A DNA stretch of 64,000 nucleotides. It comes from Thiogranum sp. (GTDB lineage: Bacteria > Pseudomonadota > Gammaproteobacteria > DSM-19610). The stretch lies in assembly GCA_030148915.1 (NCBI GenBank), contig JASBSN010000013.1:8378-72377 (forward strand). Reading direction: 5' to 3'. Of this stretch, positions 38,803 through 48,860 are shown one piece after another (the first letter of the stretch is position 1; each line of letters opens with the position of its first letter). The position numbers and the translations under genes were made by a program. The notes below the pieces were generated by a model. It was not told where the DNA came from. It did not search any database and worked only from the letters and a program-made list of their open reading frames with translations.

Positions 38803-41800
38803 GTGACGCGTTCACCAAGCTTTCCCAGGACACATTGAACGCGGCGGTTGCTGGTCTGCTGTGCCCGCGTATCGAAGCGATTCTGGGTGACCGAGGCCCA
38901 GGCCATTGCATGCGGGTTACCGATCTCGATGACGACGTAATGGAGTCGGTCTGCAAGGAACTGCGCCGAACCCGGATCGACGGGAACATTTTTATCCTCG
39001 GCAGCCACGACCAGGAGGGCCAACCATACCGGGTGACCTCCACCAAGCTGGTGGAGTTACGCAACCCTGACGCCAACGGCGAGCTGCGTCAGCCTTTGCT
39101 GGTCTTCATACCGACCTCGCTCCGCACCAGCGCCGAGGATTCTTTTGGTGTGGCGACTTTCGAGGAGCTGACCTTCACCATGATCTACGAGGATCTTATC
39201 AGTTCACTGCTTGACCGGCTGCCGTCAACGCTGGTCGGCTATGTGCGCGATCTCTTGGGCATCCTCACGGAGGAGGGGTGGTTTTTTGCCGACGACATTT
39301 CACGCGTGCGGTACCTTCTTACGGCGCTCGAAAACGGAATTGATGGAGAAACCCTCGGGGCCAGTCTGTATGAATTGACTTTGATTCCGGACTTCAGGCT
39401 TTTTGCCGATCCCGGGATGGTCAATGGCAAGATTCGCCGGAACCTTGGTAGCGTCCGCAGCCTGATGGCTTCTCACAAGTCAGTTCGCGGCCGCATCGCG
39501 GATCTGGGACTCAGCGACAAAGCCCTGGAGTCACGCCTGTTCAGCTATTTTGAGAAATACGATGTCCAGGAGCCGGAATCGTGGACGCCTCCCATCGCGA
39601 CCGACAAGAGTTGGTGGAGTATATCGTTCGACAAGTGGACGTTCCAGCAAGAGCTTTCTCTGGATAAGGTTCTGTTGACGGTATTAGAAACGGATCTTCC
39701 GGTAGTGCAGGAAGATGAAACCGATGATCAGTTATCTGAGCTGATTGGGCAACAGGTACTGATTCCCAATGATCGTCGGAAAATGAACGTGGTCTTTGAA
39801 GTCAAGCCGCACCCGAGCAAGGTCAGCGGTCTAGACCACTTTACGGTACAGATTATCTCGCAAAACGATGGTCCAGTCGGGAAATCCAAGAAAGTTAAGG
39901 CCTGGACACCGACCCGCTTCCAATGCACGACTAACCTGGCCAAGCTCAACAAGATCGAATTCGAAGAGGGATGGCATTTCATCCGCGTCCTGCCTTGGAC
40001 TGGCGATGGCGATCCGATCCCGCTGGAAGCGGATTCTAGTTCCGAGGGCGCTAAACGCTCCTATGAGAGTGAGCCTTTCTACGTCCTGCCCGGTGGCAGC
40101 ATCGAGGAAGAACCGCCGCAACGAGCCATACCCATTGAACAGAGTCTGGAGCATGCGCGTTTCCGGCTGCAATTGACTGCGCTGGGAGATGAGCGCGATC
40201 CGGAGGAGATTGCCATCAGCGGTGTCGTCTGGGCTGAGGGCAGTCGGTCAAAGAGGGCCGCCCGTCAGGAAACCTTACTGGCGAAATTCGGACGTGAAGG
40301 CGCTGTTCAGATTCCGCTCTCGCGTATGCTCAAAACCATAGAGCAGCGTATTTTGGCAGAGCCCAAACATCCGTCGGGCTGGCGAATGCAGATCAATCTC
40401 GATACCGCCGAGCCGCCCTCCGAGGTTGGACTTACACTGCCAGCTTCTGCCGCGATGGCATCCTTTCTGGCCGCTCGAGAAGAATTCTTCGCAGCAGTGC
40501 GTAAAGACACTGCCGAGCTAATCATGCAAGGTCTTTCGTTCCGCGACTCGGAAAAGGAGTGCCTTGCGTATGCCGAGGCTTACCTCGACTTGGTAAGGAA
40601 TCTTGTCCGTCAGGCTGAGACAACTTCTGGGGCCGAGCGCCAGCATCACCTGCAAGCCCTCCGAAACGTTTTGGCCGTTGATTCCATTCATGTCATTTTG
40701 ACCGATTTCCGTGGAAGACACCGGGAAGCAGTTTTGGTTTCCCCAACCCATCCGCTCCGCTCTTTATGGCTGAGCAGTTGGGTTACTTTGGGCAAGGACT
40801 GGATTGAAACAATCAAGGCCGGCGGAAAGGATCACATTCCTCATGTCCGCTCTGCGCTGCTGGATGGTCTCGTGCCGTCAGCCTATCCCGTGGGTGTGCC
40901 CGTCGAGGATGGCCGCATCTTTACACCGGTCGACAACTTCAATGCGTTCTGGGCGCTCTATGCCCCAACAACCGAGGAAAATTCACGCGGTTTGATGGCG
41001 GAAATATGTTCGGCTTTGGGTTTGGCTGAGCCTTCCACCGCAGGAACGGATATTTCCGGGAGGGTCATGGCAGACAAGATCGAGCGCTATCTCTCCCAAC
41101 ATCCGTATGTGCGGGAGCTATCGCTGAATATCTTCAATCCAGGTGCCGGTTCGGTGATTGCGGATGCTCTGCTATCGCTCCAGCAGAAGCGTGAGCATGC
41201 CGATTTGCGCTACGATATCCGACTCTTTACCTCCGACCCTGACTCGCCGGTTTTGGGTGAGGCGCTAGAATCGATGGTCCGTCCCGGATCAACCGTGAAC
41301 GAGGCCGCTGATGCGTTTGCGACCTCTACGGGCAGTCATCTGTTCTCCAAGCTCAATTTGGCCAAGCACACGCTGAGCGAATTTCACGCAAATGCGAAGG
41401 AATTCCCTGCACACATTAGCGTTCTCCTGGACGTATTTCCCGCCGAGGAGCTCTCGGTAGCTGAAAAACCGATGGGGGTAGCCCCATTGCACGGCCTGAT
41501 ACAAGATTTTGATACCGAATTTGTTGACGACGATTCTGGTACTTACTGGAATAAGCGGCCGGTTGTTGGGCGCTCTCTTGGTGCGGATAACCACGCGGCA
41601 TGCTTCGATTTACTGTCATCCCTGAGCCGACACCTCTGTTTTGCGACCTCGGCGGTCGCAGCCTCGGGTGCCAGTTTTAAAGCCGTGCCCGTCGTGACCC
41701 TTGGCCTCGATGTGGCTCAACGAGAACTGATCTACGAAGTCCACCAGATCAGCGACTGGGTGTTCACCATCGACCGAAACATGGGGATTGAGTTCTTCGA

Positions 41801-44255
41801 CCATGGCGGGCGGAAGAACAGACCGGACTATCTGATTGACTATGTGCCGGGAGCCAGTGCTCAGGCGACACATAATTTGATCATCTCCTCGCGCTCGACT
41901 GATGAGTTGGAGGCGATGCTGAAGCCGGTGCTACGTGAGTATGGGTTGTCCGCTGACGGCGAGCAATCGGTTCAAATCCTGGCAAACCTCCGATCACTTT
42001 CCGGCCAGCTCGCCCTAAAGCTTATTTCTGCACGCACACAACAGGCGGAAGCACTTGGCCTGGCTTTGGCGCGTCTCTATCTCGAATATCAGGGTGCATT
42101 GAGCAACCAGGTTATTGTGCCGTTGGATGCGCACTCTGACCTTTATCATTCGGTAGGTGAATATGATTATCTCCTGGATGAGATAAGTCTCAAACGAACA
42201 GATCTAGCTTTGTTTGACCTTGATTTAAGTTCCCGAACGATTACCTGCAATTTGGTAGAAGTTAAATGCTACGCGAGCGTTGGCGGCTTCTCGGCTTACA
42301 ATCAGCTTAAGGAAAGTGTTTCACTGCAAATTAATCAGAGCGAGCGTATTCTCCAGCGCCACTTCGATCCGTCACTGAAAACTCCGGATCGACCAGATAG
42401 ATTGTTGAAGAGCCGTGAGTTGGCGCAAATACTTCGTTTTTATCTGGAGCGCTCCCTACGTTACGGGATATTTGATGCCACCGCCGCGCAGGAAGCGCGA
42501 GGCTTACTCGAATCCATTGAGCAGGGCTACTCGCTTCAGTTCAGACGTTGCGCCCTGATCTTCGACTTCGACAAGACCGGAACCGAAGCACCGGACAACG
42601 AAGTGGGCATTGAATTCCATCGCATCGGCAAGGATCTCATTCACGCCTTGCTGGACAACTGCCGCGAACCTGTTTCGACTCAAGTTGACGAAGAACCGAC
42701 TACGCACCTTCTCAGCGAGCAGTTCATACCGAATGTGCCGAAACTCCAGGCCGCGGCCTTTATCGCGCCCAAGAGAGCGCGATCGACGTCCTGGACGTTG
42801 GATGAGCTCTGGGTCGATAAGCCGGAAGCACCGATCACACCGCCAATACCTCCGGCAGCAGCCGAAGCACCTGCGTCTGCTCAAGAAGCGGTAGAGCAGG
42901 CGGAATCTGTCGAGAAAACACCTCCGACCTCCATTGCTCCTGACGAAGAAAAGGAGGACGAACAGACTGCCGTGGCTGCCGTGCCGGGAGCGCCTCCTCA
43001 AGCTGGGCCTGAAGCGCCAGAGCACCCGGTAACTGAGTCTGCGCCACAAGCAGGGGTCAGCTATGACATCATGCTTGGCGTCAATGGTAACTCGCCCCAG
43101 TACGGATTACTCGGAGAGGTCTCCGGCAGAAAGGTAGCACTGGATCTCAACCACACCCACACGATAAGTCTCTTTGGGGTTCAAGGCGGCGGCAAGAGTT
43201 ACACCCTTGGAACAGTGATCGAGATGGCCTCCACGCCGCTTCAGCATATCAATGTGCTGCCAAGCCCGCTCGCCACGGTCATTTTCCATTACAGCCCGAC
43301 ACAGGATTATGCGCCAGAGTTTACTTCGATGATTAATGCGAACTCGGTGGATGAGGAGATCGGGATTCTTCGTGAGCGTTACAAAGCCGACCCGGAAGCT
43401 CTGAAGGATGTGCTGATCCTTACTCCTACGAATAAGGTGGATGACCGCCGGGCCGAGTACCCCGACATCGAGGTGAAGCCCATTGCGTTCTCCGCTTCTG
43501 AGCTCAAAGCGGCTCATTGGAAATTCCTGATGGGAGCGATTGGTAGTCAAAGCATGTATATGCGGCAGATCAATCTAATCATGCGAGGACTCCGTGATAA
43601 CCTGACGTTGGATGCGCTCCGAACAGGCATTGACAACTCCGGGCTGTCCGATCACCTGAAAGAATTGGCGCAGACGCGTCTATTGTTTGCCAGCGAGTAC
43701 ATCGATGATAACCAGCGCCTTCAAGACCTGATCCGTCCTGGCCGCTTGATCATCGTGGACCTGCGCGACGAATACATTGAAAAAGATGAAGCACTTGGCC
43801 TTTTCGTGGTGATGCTGCAAATATTCTCTGAGGCCACCTACATGGGGAGCTCCTTCAACAAGCTGGTTGTATTCGACGAAGCTCATAAATACATCGAGAG
43901 CGATGATTTGGTCTCTGGCCTGGTCGAAGTGGTTAGAGAGATGCGACACAAAGGGACAAGTATCATGGTCGCGTCCCAGGACCCTCCATCGGTGCCCGTG
44001 TCACTAATTGAGTTGTCGTCACAGATCATTATGCACAAGTTCAATTCACCAGCCTGGCTCAAGCATATCCAGAAGGCCAATGCCGCGCTCGGCGAACTGA
44101 CCTCCGAGAAGATGAGCCATCTTGGTGCGGGCGAAGCCTATGTCTGGTCGAGCAAGGCCTCGGACGATTCTTTCACCAGAGGTGCCGTGAAGATAAAGTG
44201 CCGTCCTCGCATTACGCAACACGGTGGCGGCACCAAAACGGCTGTGGGCCGGTAA
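38799..44255 (+). CDS. large HerA/FtsK-like ATPase (MAD8-like; DptH-like)
   Basis: C-terminal GVQGGGKSYT Walker A, VVFDEAH Walker B and ASQDP; a Pro/Ala/Glu-rich linker precedes the ATPase. Confidence 0.82.
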   Translation: MSDAFTKLSQDTLNAAVAGLLCPRIEAILGDRGPGHCMRVTDLDDDVMESVCKELRRTRIDGNIFILGSHDQEGQPYRVTSTKLVELRNPDANGELRQPLLVFIPTSLRTSAEDSFGVATFEELTFTMIYEDLISSLLDRLPSTLVGYVRDLLGILTEEGWFFADDISRVRYLLTALENGIDGETLGASLYELTLIPDFRLFADPGMVNGKIRRNLGSVRSLMASHKSVRGRIADLGLSDKALESRLFSYFEKYDVQEPESWTPPIATDKSWWSISFDKWTFQQELSLDKVLLTVLETDLPVVQEDETDDQLSELIGQQVLIPNDRRKMNVVFEVKPHPSKVSGLDHFTVQIISQNDGPVGKSKKVKAWTPTRFQCTTNLAKLNKIEFEEGWHFIRVLPWTGDGDPIPLEADSSSEGAKRSYESEPFYVLPGGSIEEEPPQRAIPIEQSLEHARFRLQLTALGDERDPEEIAISGVVWAEGSRSKRAARQETLLAKFGREGAVQIPLSRMLKTIEQRILAEPKHPSGWRMQINLDTAEPPSEVGLTLPASAAMASFLAAREEFFAAVRKDTAELIMQGLSFRDSEKECLAYAEAYLDLVRNLVRQAETTSGAERQHHLQALRNVLAVDSIHVILTDFRGRHREAVLVSPTHPLRSLWLSSWVTLGKDWIETIKAGGKDHIPHVRSALLDGLVPSAYPVGVPVEDGRIFTPVDNFNAFWALYAPTTEENSRGLMAEICSALGLAEPSTAGTDISGRVMADKIERYLSQHPYVRELSLNIFNPGAGSVIADALLSLQQKREHADLRYDIRLFTSDPDSPVLGEALESMVRPGSTVNEAADAFATSTGSHLFSKLNLAKHTLSEFHANAKEFPAHISVLLDVFPAEELSVAEKPMGVAPLHGLIQDFDTEFVDDDSGTYWNKRPVVGRSLGADNHAACFDLLSSLSRHLCFATSAVAASGASFKAVPVVTLGLDVAQRELIYEVHQISDWVFTIDRNMGIEFFDHGGRKNRPDYLIDYVPGASAQATHNLIISSRSTDELEAMLKPVLREYGLSADGEQSVQILANLRSLSGQLALKLISARTQQAEALGLALARLYLEYQGALSNQVIVPLDAHSDLYHSVGEYDYLLDEISLKRTDLALFDLDLSSRTITCNLVEVKCYASVGGFSAYNQLKESVSLQINQSERILQRHFDPSLKTPDRPDRLLKSRELAQILRFYLERSLRYGIFDATAAQEARGLLESIEQGYSLQFRRCALIFDFDKTGTEAPDNEVGIEFHRIGKDLIHALLDNCREPVSTQVDEEPTTHLLSEQFIPNVPKLQAAAFIAPKRARSTSWTLDELWVDKPEAPITPPIPPAAAEAPASAQEAVEQAESVEKTPPTSIAPDEEKEDEQTAVAAVPGAPPQAGPEAPEHPVTESAPQAGVSYDIMLGVNGNSPQYGLLGEVSGRKVALDLNHTHTISLFGVQGGGKSYTLGTVIEMASTPLQHINVLPSPLATVIFHYSPTQDYAPEFTSMINANSVDEEIGILRERYKADPEALKDVLILTPTNKVDDRRAEYPDIEVKPIAFSASELKAAHWKFLMGAIGSQSMYMRQINLIMRGLRDNLTLDALRTGIDNSGLSDHLKELAQTRLLFASEYIDDNQRLQDLIRPGRLIIVDLRDEYIEKDEALGLFVVMLQIFSEATYMGSSFNKLVVFDEAHKYIESDDLVSGLVEVVREMRHKGTSIMVASQDPPSVPVSLIELSSQIIMHKFNSPAWLKHIQKANAALGELTSEKMSHLGAGEAYVWSSKASDDSFTRGAVKIKCRPRITQHGGGTKTAVGR

Positions 44256-44467
44256 GGCGTTTTGGATATGCTCATTGCTGTCGATTGTAGTGATCGTGAT
44301 TCCAAAGTGAGGAAGCGCACGCTTCTCGTCATTTCTGTTTTTCAAGAAAAGAAAAGTCATGATGAACTAGTAGTTCGATCAGTACGAGATAGCTTCATGG
44401 ATCAATTCTTTCCTGGGGCAGGATCGATACAGGCGCTACTTCGTCGCAAATCGAGAGTTGTTATGGT

Positions 44468-45883
44468 ATGACTGGACAAGATATCCAGATTCGCAATCTC
44501 ATATTTATCAGTCACGCAAATCCTGCAGATAATGACTTCACAGCATGGCTGGGAGGTCGACTTTCGGCAATGGGCTATAGGGTGTGGGCTGATCTGAGAG
44601 ACCTTAAAGGTGGGAGTAAACACTGGCAAGAAATCGAGAGAAAGATCCGGGATGAAGCTGTTAAAGTCTTAGTTGTAACTACGCGCGCGTCGCGTACTGC
44701 AGAGGGGGTGGATAACGAGATCAATATTGCGAAGGGCATCGAAAAAGAGCTTGCGTTGAAAGAATTTATTATCCAGCTAAAAGTAGATGACCTTCCTTAC
44801 ACGCAACTGCCGCCCGCTCTAAATAACCGGTTAGCGATATCCTTTAGAGATGACTGGGGAAGCGGATTGCGCAAGCTTACTAAACAGTTGGCCGAGGAGA
44901 GGGTTCCAAAAGTTAACTCGGACCACGCCGCAGTAGAGTTGTTCTCGACGGCGCTACAGGATAAATCGGACGAACTTGTAACTACTAAAGAACCTGCATT
45001 TGCTAGTTGGCTTCCAATCAATGTTCCGGACAAGCTGCATGTGTATACATTCCCCAGCGCAGCAAAGGTCATGGAGGAAAAACTTCTTAGTGCAGACATT
45101 CCGGCGTATTCGTTCTCGAATACGCTAATTGCCTTCGCTGTACCGGACACCGTTTCGTATGGTGTTGGTGTTCCTGTAAATCATCTTCGCCATGCTGAGA
45201 CTGCCACGGAGACGTGGCTAGACGAACGGTCTCTTACCGAATTCGCAATACAGAGGAAAGACCGGAGACGAGTATTCAATGGATTACTGAATGCTGCATG
45301 GGAAATCGCGCTTCGGGGTTTTGGATGTGTCGAATATCAACTGGCTCGCGAGCGTGCATACTTTATTCCATCTCATGACAAACGGCCGGTTAAGCAGCCA
45401 TACAATGATCCCATGGATCGAAAAACAAGGCCTATAACACTCGTCGGAGAAAGTAAGAAATATTCGTCTCTTTGGCACGCAGCAGTTTCAGCGCGAGCTT
45501 CACTAAGCCCGATTCCTGTCTACTCGATACGGTTGCATGTGGCGTTTACAGATGATGGTGTTACGACGATTGCGGATGGAGAAAAAGCATTTCGCCTCAG
45601 GAAGTCGTTCTGTAAGTCATTCTGGAATGATCGGTGGAGGCGTATTCTTTTTGCACTATTTAGCCGGCTCACGAACGGAAATGACGAAATTGTGCTCGGG
45701 ACAGGTGGCGGGGAATCTATTAAGGTCGGTTTTCCTCTGGCACTGGAAATACCATATTCGATAGCCAGTGACTTGGCGGTTCAGGTGGATGAAAGCGAAG
45801 ACGACGACAGCGTCGGTGAGGTTGACGGTGCAGATTTCTACGCTGATTTTAATGAAGAAGAAGAGGGTGGCGATGGTGAATAG
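44468..45883 (+). CDS. TIR-APAZ effector of a SPARTA system
   Basis: IFISHANPADNDFTAWL...GYRVW.D...W.EIE..IR; catalytic Glu in GVDNEINIA; APAZ region; acidic tail; coupled to a short pAgo. Confidence 0.93.
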   Translation: MTGQDIQIRNLIFISHANPADNDFTAWLGGRLSAMGYRVWADLRDLKGGSKHWQEIERKIRDEAVKVLVVTTRASRTAEGVDNEINIAKGIEKELALKEFIIQLKVDDLPYTQLPPALNNRLAISFRDDWGSGLRKLTKQLAEERVPKVNSDHAAVELFSTALQDKSDELVTTKEPAFASWLPINVPDKLHVYTFPSAAKVMEEKLLSADIPAYSFSNTLIAFAVPDTVSYGVGVPVNHLRHAETATETWLDERSLTEFAIQRKDRRRVFNGLLNAAWEIALRGFGCVEYQLARERAYFIPSHDKRPVKQPYNDPMDRKTRPITLVGESKKYSSLWHAAVSARASLSPIPVYSIRLHVAFTDDGVTTIADGEKAFRLRKSFCKSFWNDRWRRILFALFSRLTNGNDEIVLGTGGGESIKVGFPLALEIPYSIASDLAVQVDESEDDDSVGEVDGADFYADFNEEEEGGDGE

Positions 45884-47390
45884 TGAGATGATTCTGCTAG
45901 AGGAACCGTCCCTTGAGTTCGGGTTTGTTCAAAGATCTAGTTTTCCAAAAGATGGACTGTTGCTATTTGGTCCGCCGACGGAGGAAGGGCAGCCGTCTGT
46001 CATTCGCTATGGATTGGTTGGAACAAGGCGTGGTATCCAGCTATTTAAGAAGTGGCTGGCAAGGGTGCAAGGGGTAATCCCTTCGGCTAAGCCAGAAAAG
46101 GCCCATTTCCAATACTGGCCAGGTTTCTCGGCTGTGTTCAATGCGAATTGGTCGACTACACCATTGGCGGAATATGAACTAGATGAAGTAGAACTAAGTC
46201 GTACGGTACGATTGGATGATCGCCATCATGCAATATATAAGACCGCTAGTTTAATCGAGAACCCAATTGCAAGGCACTGTCGAGAAGAAGACCGTGAACC
46301 GGACCTATGGTTTGTCGTAATTCCGGACGAGATCCACTATTTTGGAAGGCCGAAGTCAATCGTGCCGGCGTCACTGCGTGAATCGTCTGGTAAGACTTTG
46401 GGTAAAAAAGCAGCCAGGGATTTCCTCGAATACGGAGACTTGTTCGATGATTTTACCGAGGAAGCGCGCATTTATCAGTTTGATCTGGATTTTCATGCGC
46501 AAATAAAGGCGCGCCTTCTAGGTAAGGCAGTTCTCCAGATAGTGAGAGAATCAACACTCTCCGATGGCGAATATATACAAGATGGACAGATTAAGGTTAG
46601 AAAGATGCAGGATCCTGCCACAACGGCGTGGAATTTATGTACCACTGCATACTTTAAGTCGCAAGGTAGCCCATGGCGTCTCGCTGACATCAGAAAAGGT
46701 GTTTGCTATATCGGGCTTGTCTACAAGCGTGACGAAACACAGCCAACACATGAGAATGTATGTTGTGGTGCCCAAATGTTTTTGGATTCTGGAGATGGGG
46801 TTGTTTTTCGAGGCGCAATGGGACCTTGGGCGTCGGAAGATAACCGTGAATATCACCTTTCTACGGAGGCAGCACAAGACTTGATGAATACTGTCTTGCA
46901 GGCATATCTAGCAAAGCATGGAAACCCGCCGGCTGAGGTATTCATTCATGGGCGAACAGATTTCAACGATGAAGAATGGGCAGGATTTTCGCGGGCAGTA
47001 GGAGATGGAATTCAGCTGACGGGCGTAAAAATACGAAAATCTAATCGATTAAAAGTCTATCGAGCAGGAAAGAAGCCGCTTGTCAGAGGAACGGCTTGGG
47101 TATTGAATGATCGAAAGGCCTATTTATGGTCTAGTGGCTATATCCCGAGATTGGCGACGTATCCGGGGTGGGAGGTACCGAATCCTTTGGAAGTGGAGAT
47201 TCAACGCGGGGAGGCTTCTATAAAAACCGTGCTAAAAGATGTGCTCGGTTTGACGAAGCTAAACTACAACGCTTGCCTATATGGAGATAGCAAGCCGGTT
47301 ACGCTGCGATTTGCAGACATCGTTGGCAACATCTTGACCGCAACACCAGATAAAGATCATCCACCGCTTCCCTTTAAATATTACATCTGA
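45873..47390 (+). CDS. short prokaryotic Argonaute (MID-PIWI) of SPARTA
   Basis: LEEPSLEFG...PKDGLLLFGP, QIKARLL, WRLADIRKGVCYIGLVYK, CCGAQMFLDSGDG and LTKLNYNAC...PVTLRFAD.VG.IL motifs. Confidence 0.95.
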   Translation: MVNSEMILLEEPSLEFGFVQRSSFPKDGLLLFGPPTEEGQPSVIRYGLVGTRRGIQLFKKWLARVQGVIPSAKPEKAHFQYWPGFSAVFNANWSTTPLAEYELDEVELSRTVRLDDRHHAIYKTASLIENPIARHCREEDREPDLWFVVIPDEIHYFGRPKSIVPASLRESSGKTLGKKAARDFLEYGDLFDDFTEEARIYQFDLDFHAQIKARLLGKAVLQIVRESTLSDGEYIQDGQIKVRKMQDPATTAWNLCTTAYFKSQGSPWRLADIRKGVCYIGLVYKRDETQPTHENVCCGAQMFLDSGDGVVFRGAMGPWASEDNREYHLSTEAAQDLMNTVLQAYLAKHGNPPAEVFIHGRTDFNDEEWAGFSRAVGDGIQLTGVKIRKSNRLKVYRAGKKPLVRGTAWVLNDRKAYLWSSGYIPRLATYPGWEVPNPLEVEIQRGEASIKTVLKDVLGLTKLNYNACLYGDSKPVTLRFADIVGNILTATPDKDHPPLPFKYYI

Positions 47391-47536
47391 GATTGATAAG
47401 CAGTATTACAGGAATTCCAGGATGCACTGGGAAGAGGCCGATGAGGAACGGTTCGCGCAAGAGTGTACGGTATAACAGTGCAAGCAGGTGTATACGTACT
47501 GACCAGATTGGCTGTCAAGGCGGGCTTGTCGCCACC

Positions 47537-48781
47537 TGTACAAGTCTCGTATTTCCCCGACACCCGGGACCTCCGCGCGTAGTCTAAGCCGCATCTGGGA
47601 TTGTTGTCTCCTCTGAGGCATCCGGAATGAACGGCGGCAGCTCCTCAACGCCGAGTGCATCGCGCAACGCCTGCGCCGGTGTGCGACCTTTCAGGCGATA
47701 GCCTTGATGCGTCCGTTCGAGGTTGTAGTAGTTGATGAAGGTGTCCAGGTCGCGCTGGATCTCGTCTGGCTGGATGTACCAGGTCTGGCGTCCGGCCACA
47801 CGGAAGCACTCGTCGAGCAAGGTGCGGTTCATGCGTTCGACGAAGCCGTTGGTGCGCGGTGAGCGGATGCGGGTGGTGCGGTGCTCGATGTCGTGCATGG
47901 CGAGCAACAACTCGTAGGGATGTTGCTCTTTCACCCCGCAGAACTCGCGGCCGTTGTCCGTGAGCACGGCGCCGACGGATACGCCCAAGGCCTCGTAGAA
48001 CGGCAGCACGCGTTCATAGAAGGTGTCGGCGGCGGTGATGGGCATCTTCGAGGTGTAGACCTTGGCGAAGGCGAGCGAGCAGAACACGTCGACCACGACC
48101 TGGACGTAGACTTTGCCGACGCCTTTGAGCGTGCCCCAGTAAAAGGTGTCCTGGTTCAGCAGTTCGCCGGGCCGGTTGGCTTCGACGTGACGCATGCGGA
48201 AGTCGCAGGAGTGCCGTTCCAGGAGACGGATCTGCTGATCGTTGAGCACGAACGTGGTGTCCTGCGCGTGCTGTTCCAGACGCATCAGCCGTTTGTGCCG
48301 GGTGAGCAGATCGTGCCGCTGCCAGACGCCGCGCACCCCGGACGGGCTGACGTTCACGCCTTGCAGGCGCAGCTCGTTGGCGACGCGTTGAGCACCGATG
48401 GTCGGGCGTTCGAGGGCCATGGCCAGGATCCGTTCCTCGACCTCGGGTGACACCCGGTTGGGGTGCGGGTGGCGGGGACCGCGACGGCTCTCCACCAGGC
48501 CGGCCACGCCGCCCATCTGGAAGGCGCGCCGGACTTCGTAGAAGGTGTCGCGGTGGTAGCCCATGATCTTGCAGGCCTTGGACACGTTGCCAAGCTCCTC
48601 GGCCAGTTGCAGCAAAGACAGCTTGCGCTTGGTACTCTGTGTCAGTGTGGTCATCGGGTCTCTCCTGAGTAGTTGGTTGGGTCGCACTTACCAATCTACG
48701 ATGGAGATCCCGGTGGCTGCACCTGTCACCCTCGATGGGGCGCCAGGGGCGGCACTGTCGGATAAATACTCAACTCATTCA
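47537..48781 (-). mobile_element. IS481-family insertion sequence, complete, with 7-bp target duplication
   Basis: Imperfect 26-bp terminal IRs (TGTACAAGTCTCGTATTTCCCCGACA vs TGAATGAGTTGAGTATTTATCCGACA, 18/26). CGCCACC at both 47530-47536 and 48782-48788. Confidence 0.9.
47584..48654 (-). CDS. IS481-family transposase
   Basis: KLSLLQLAEELGNVSKAC HTH; DDE triad in NQDT, TDNGREF and GFVERMNRT. Confidence 0.95.
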   Translation of the reverse strand: MTTLTQSTKRKLSLLQLAEELGNVSKACKIMGYHRDTFYEVRRAFQMGGVAGLVESRRGPRHPHPNRVSPEVEERILAMALERPTIGAQRVANELRLQGVNVSPSGVRGVWQRHDLLTRHKRLMRLEQHAQDTTFVLNDQQIRLLERHSCDFRMRHVEANRPGELLNQDTFYWGTLKGVGKVYVQVVVDVFCSLAFAKVYTSKMPITAADTFYERVLPFYEALGVSVGAVLTDNGREFCGVKEQHPYELLLAMHDIEHRTTRIRSPRTNGFVERMNRTLLDECFRVAGRQTWYIQPDEIQRDLDTFINYYNLERTHQGYRLKGRTPAQALRDALGVEELPPFIPDASEETTIPDAA

Positions 48782-48860
48782 CGCCACCGCCTTTGGTGCT
48801 CTGGTGATGGTGACTCTCAAGGCCATCGGATCCCCGAAATGCGGATCGGTCCTGGCATGG

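Noticed and set aside
44262-44471. 69-aa ORF between MADS and SPARTA
   Set aside because: No motif or RBS; probably promoter-containing spacer.
2732-47390. Functional link between SPARTA NAD+ depletion and NaMN-dependent CobT
   Set aside because: The genes are on different genomic blocks (chromosome versus ICE); adjacency is best explained by chance.
47489-47518. Minus-strand TTGACA box that could drive antisense RNA into the Argonaute gene
   Set aside because: The -10 element is poor (GTATAC, or TATACA at 18 bp); unsupported without TSS data.
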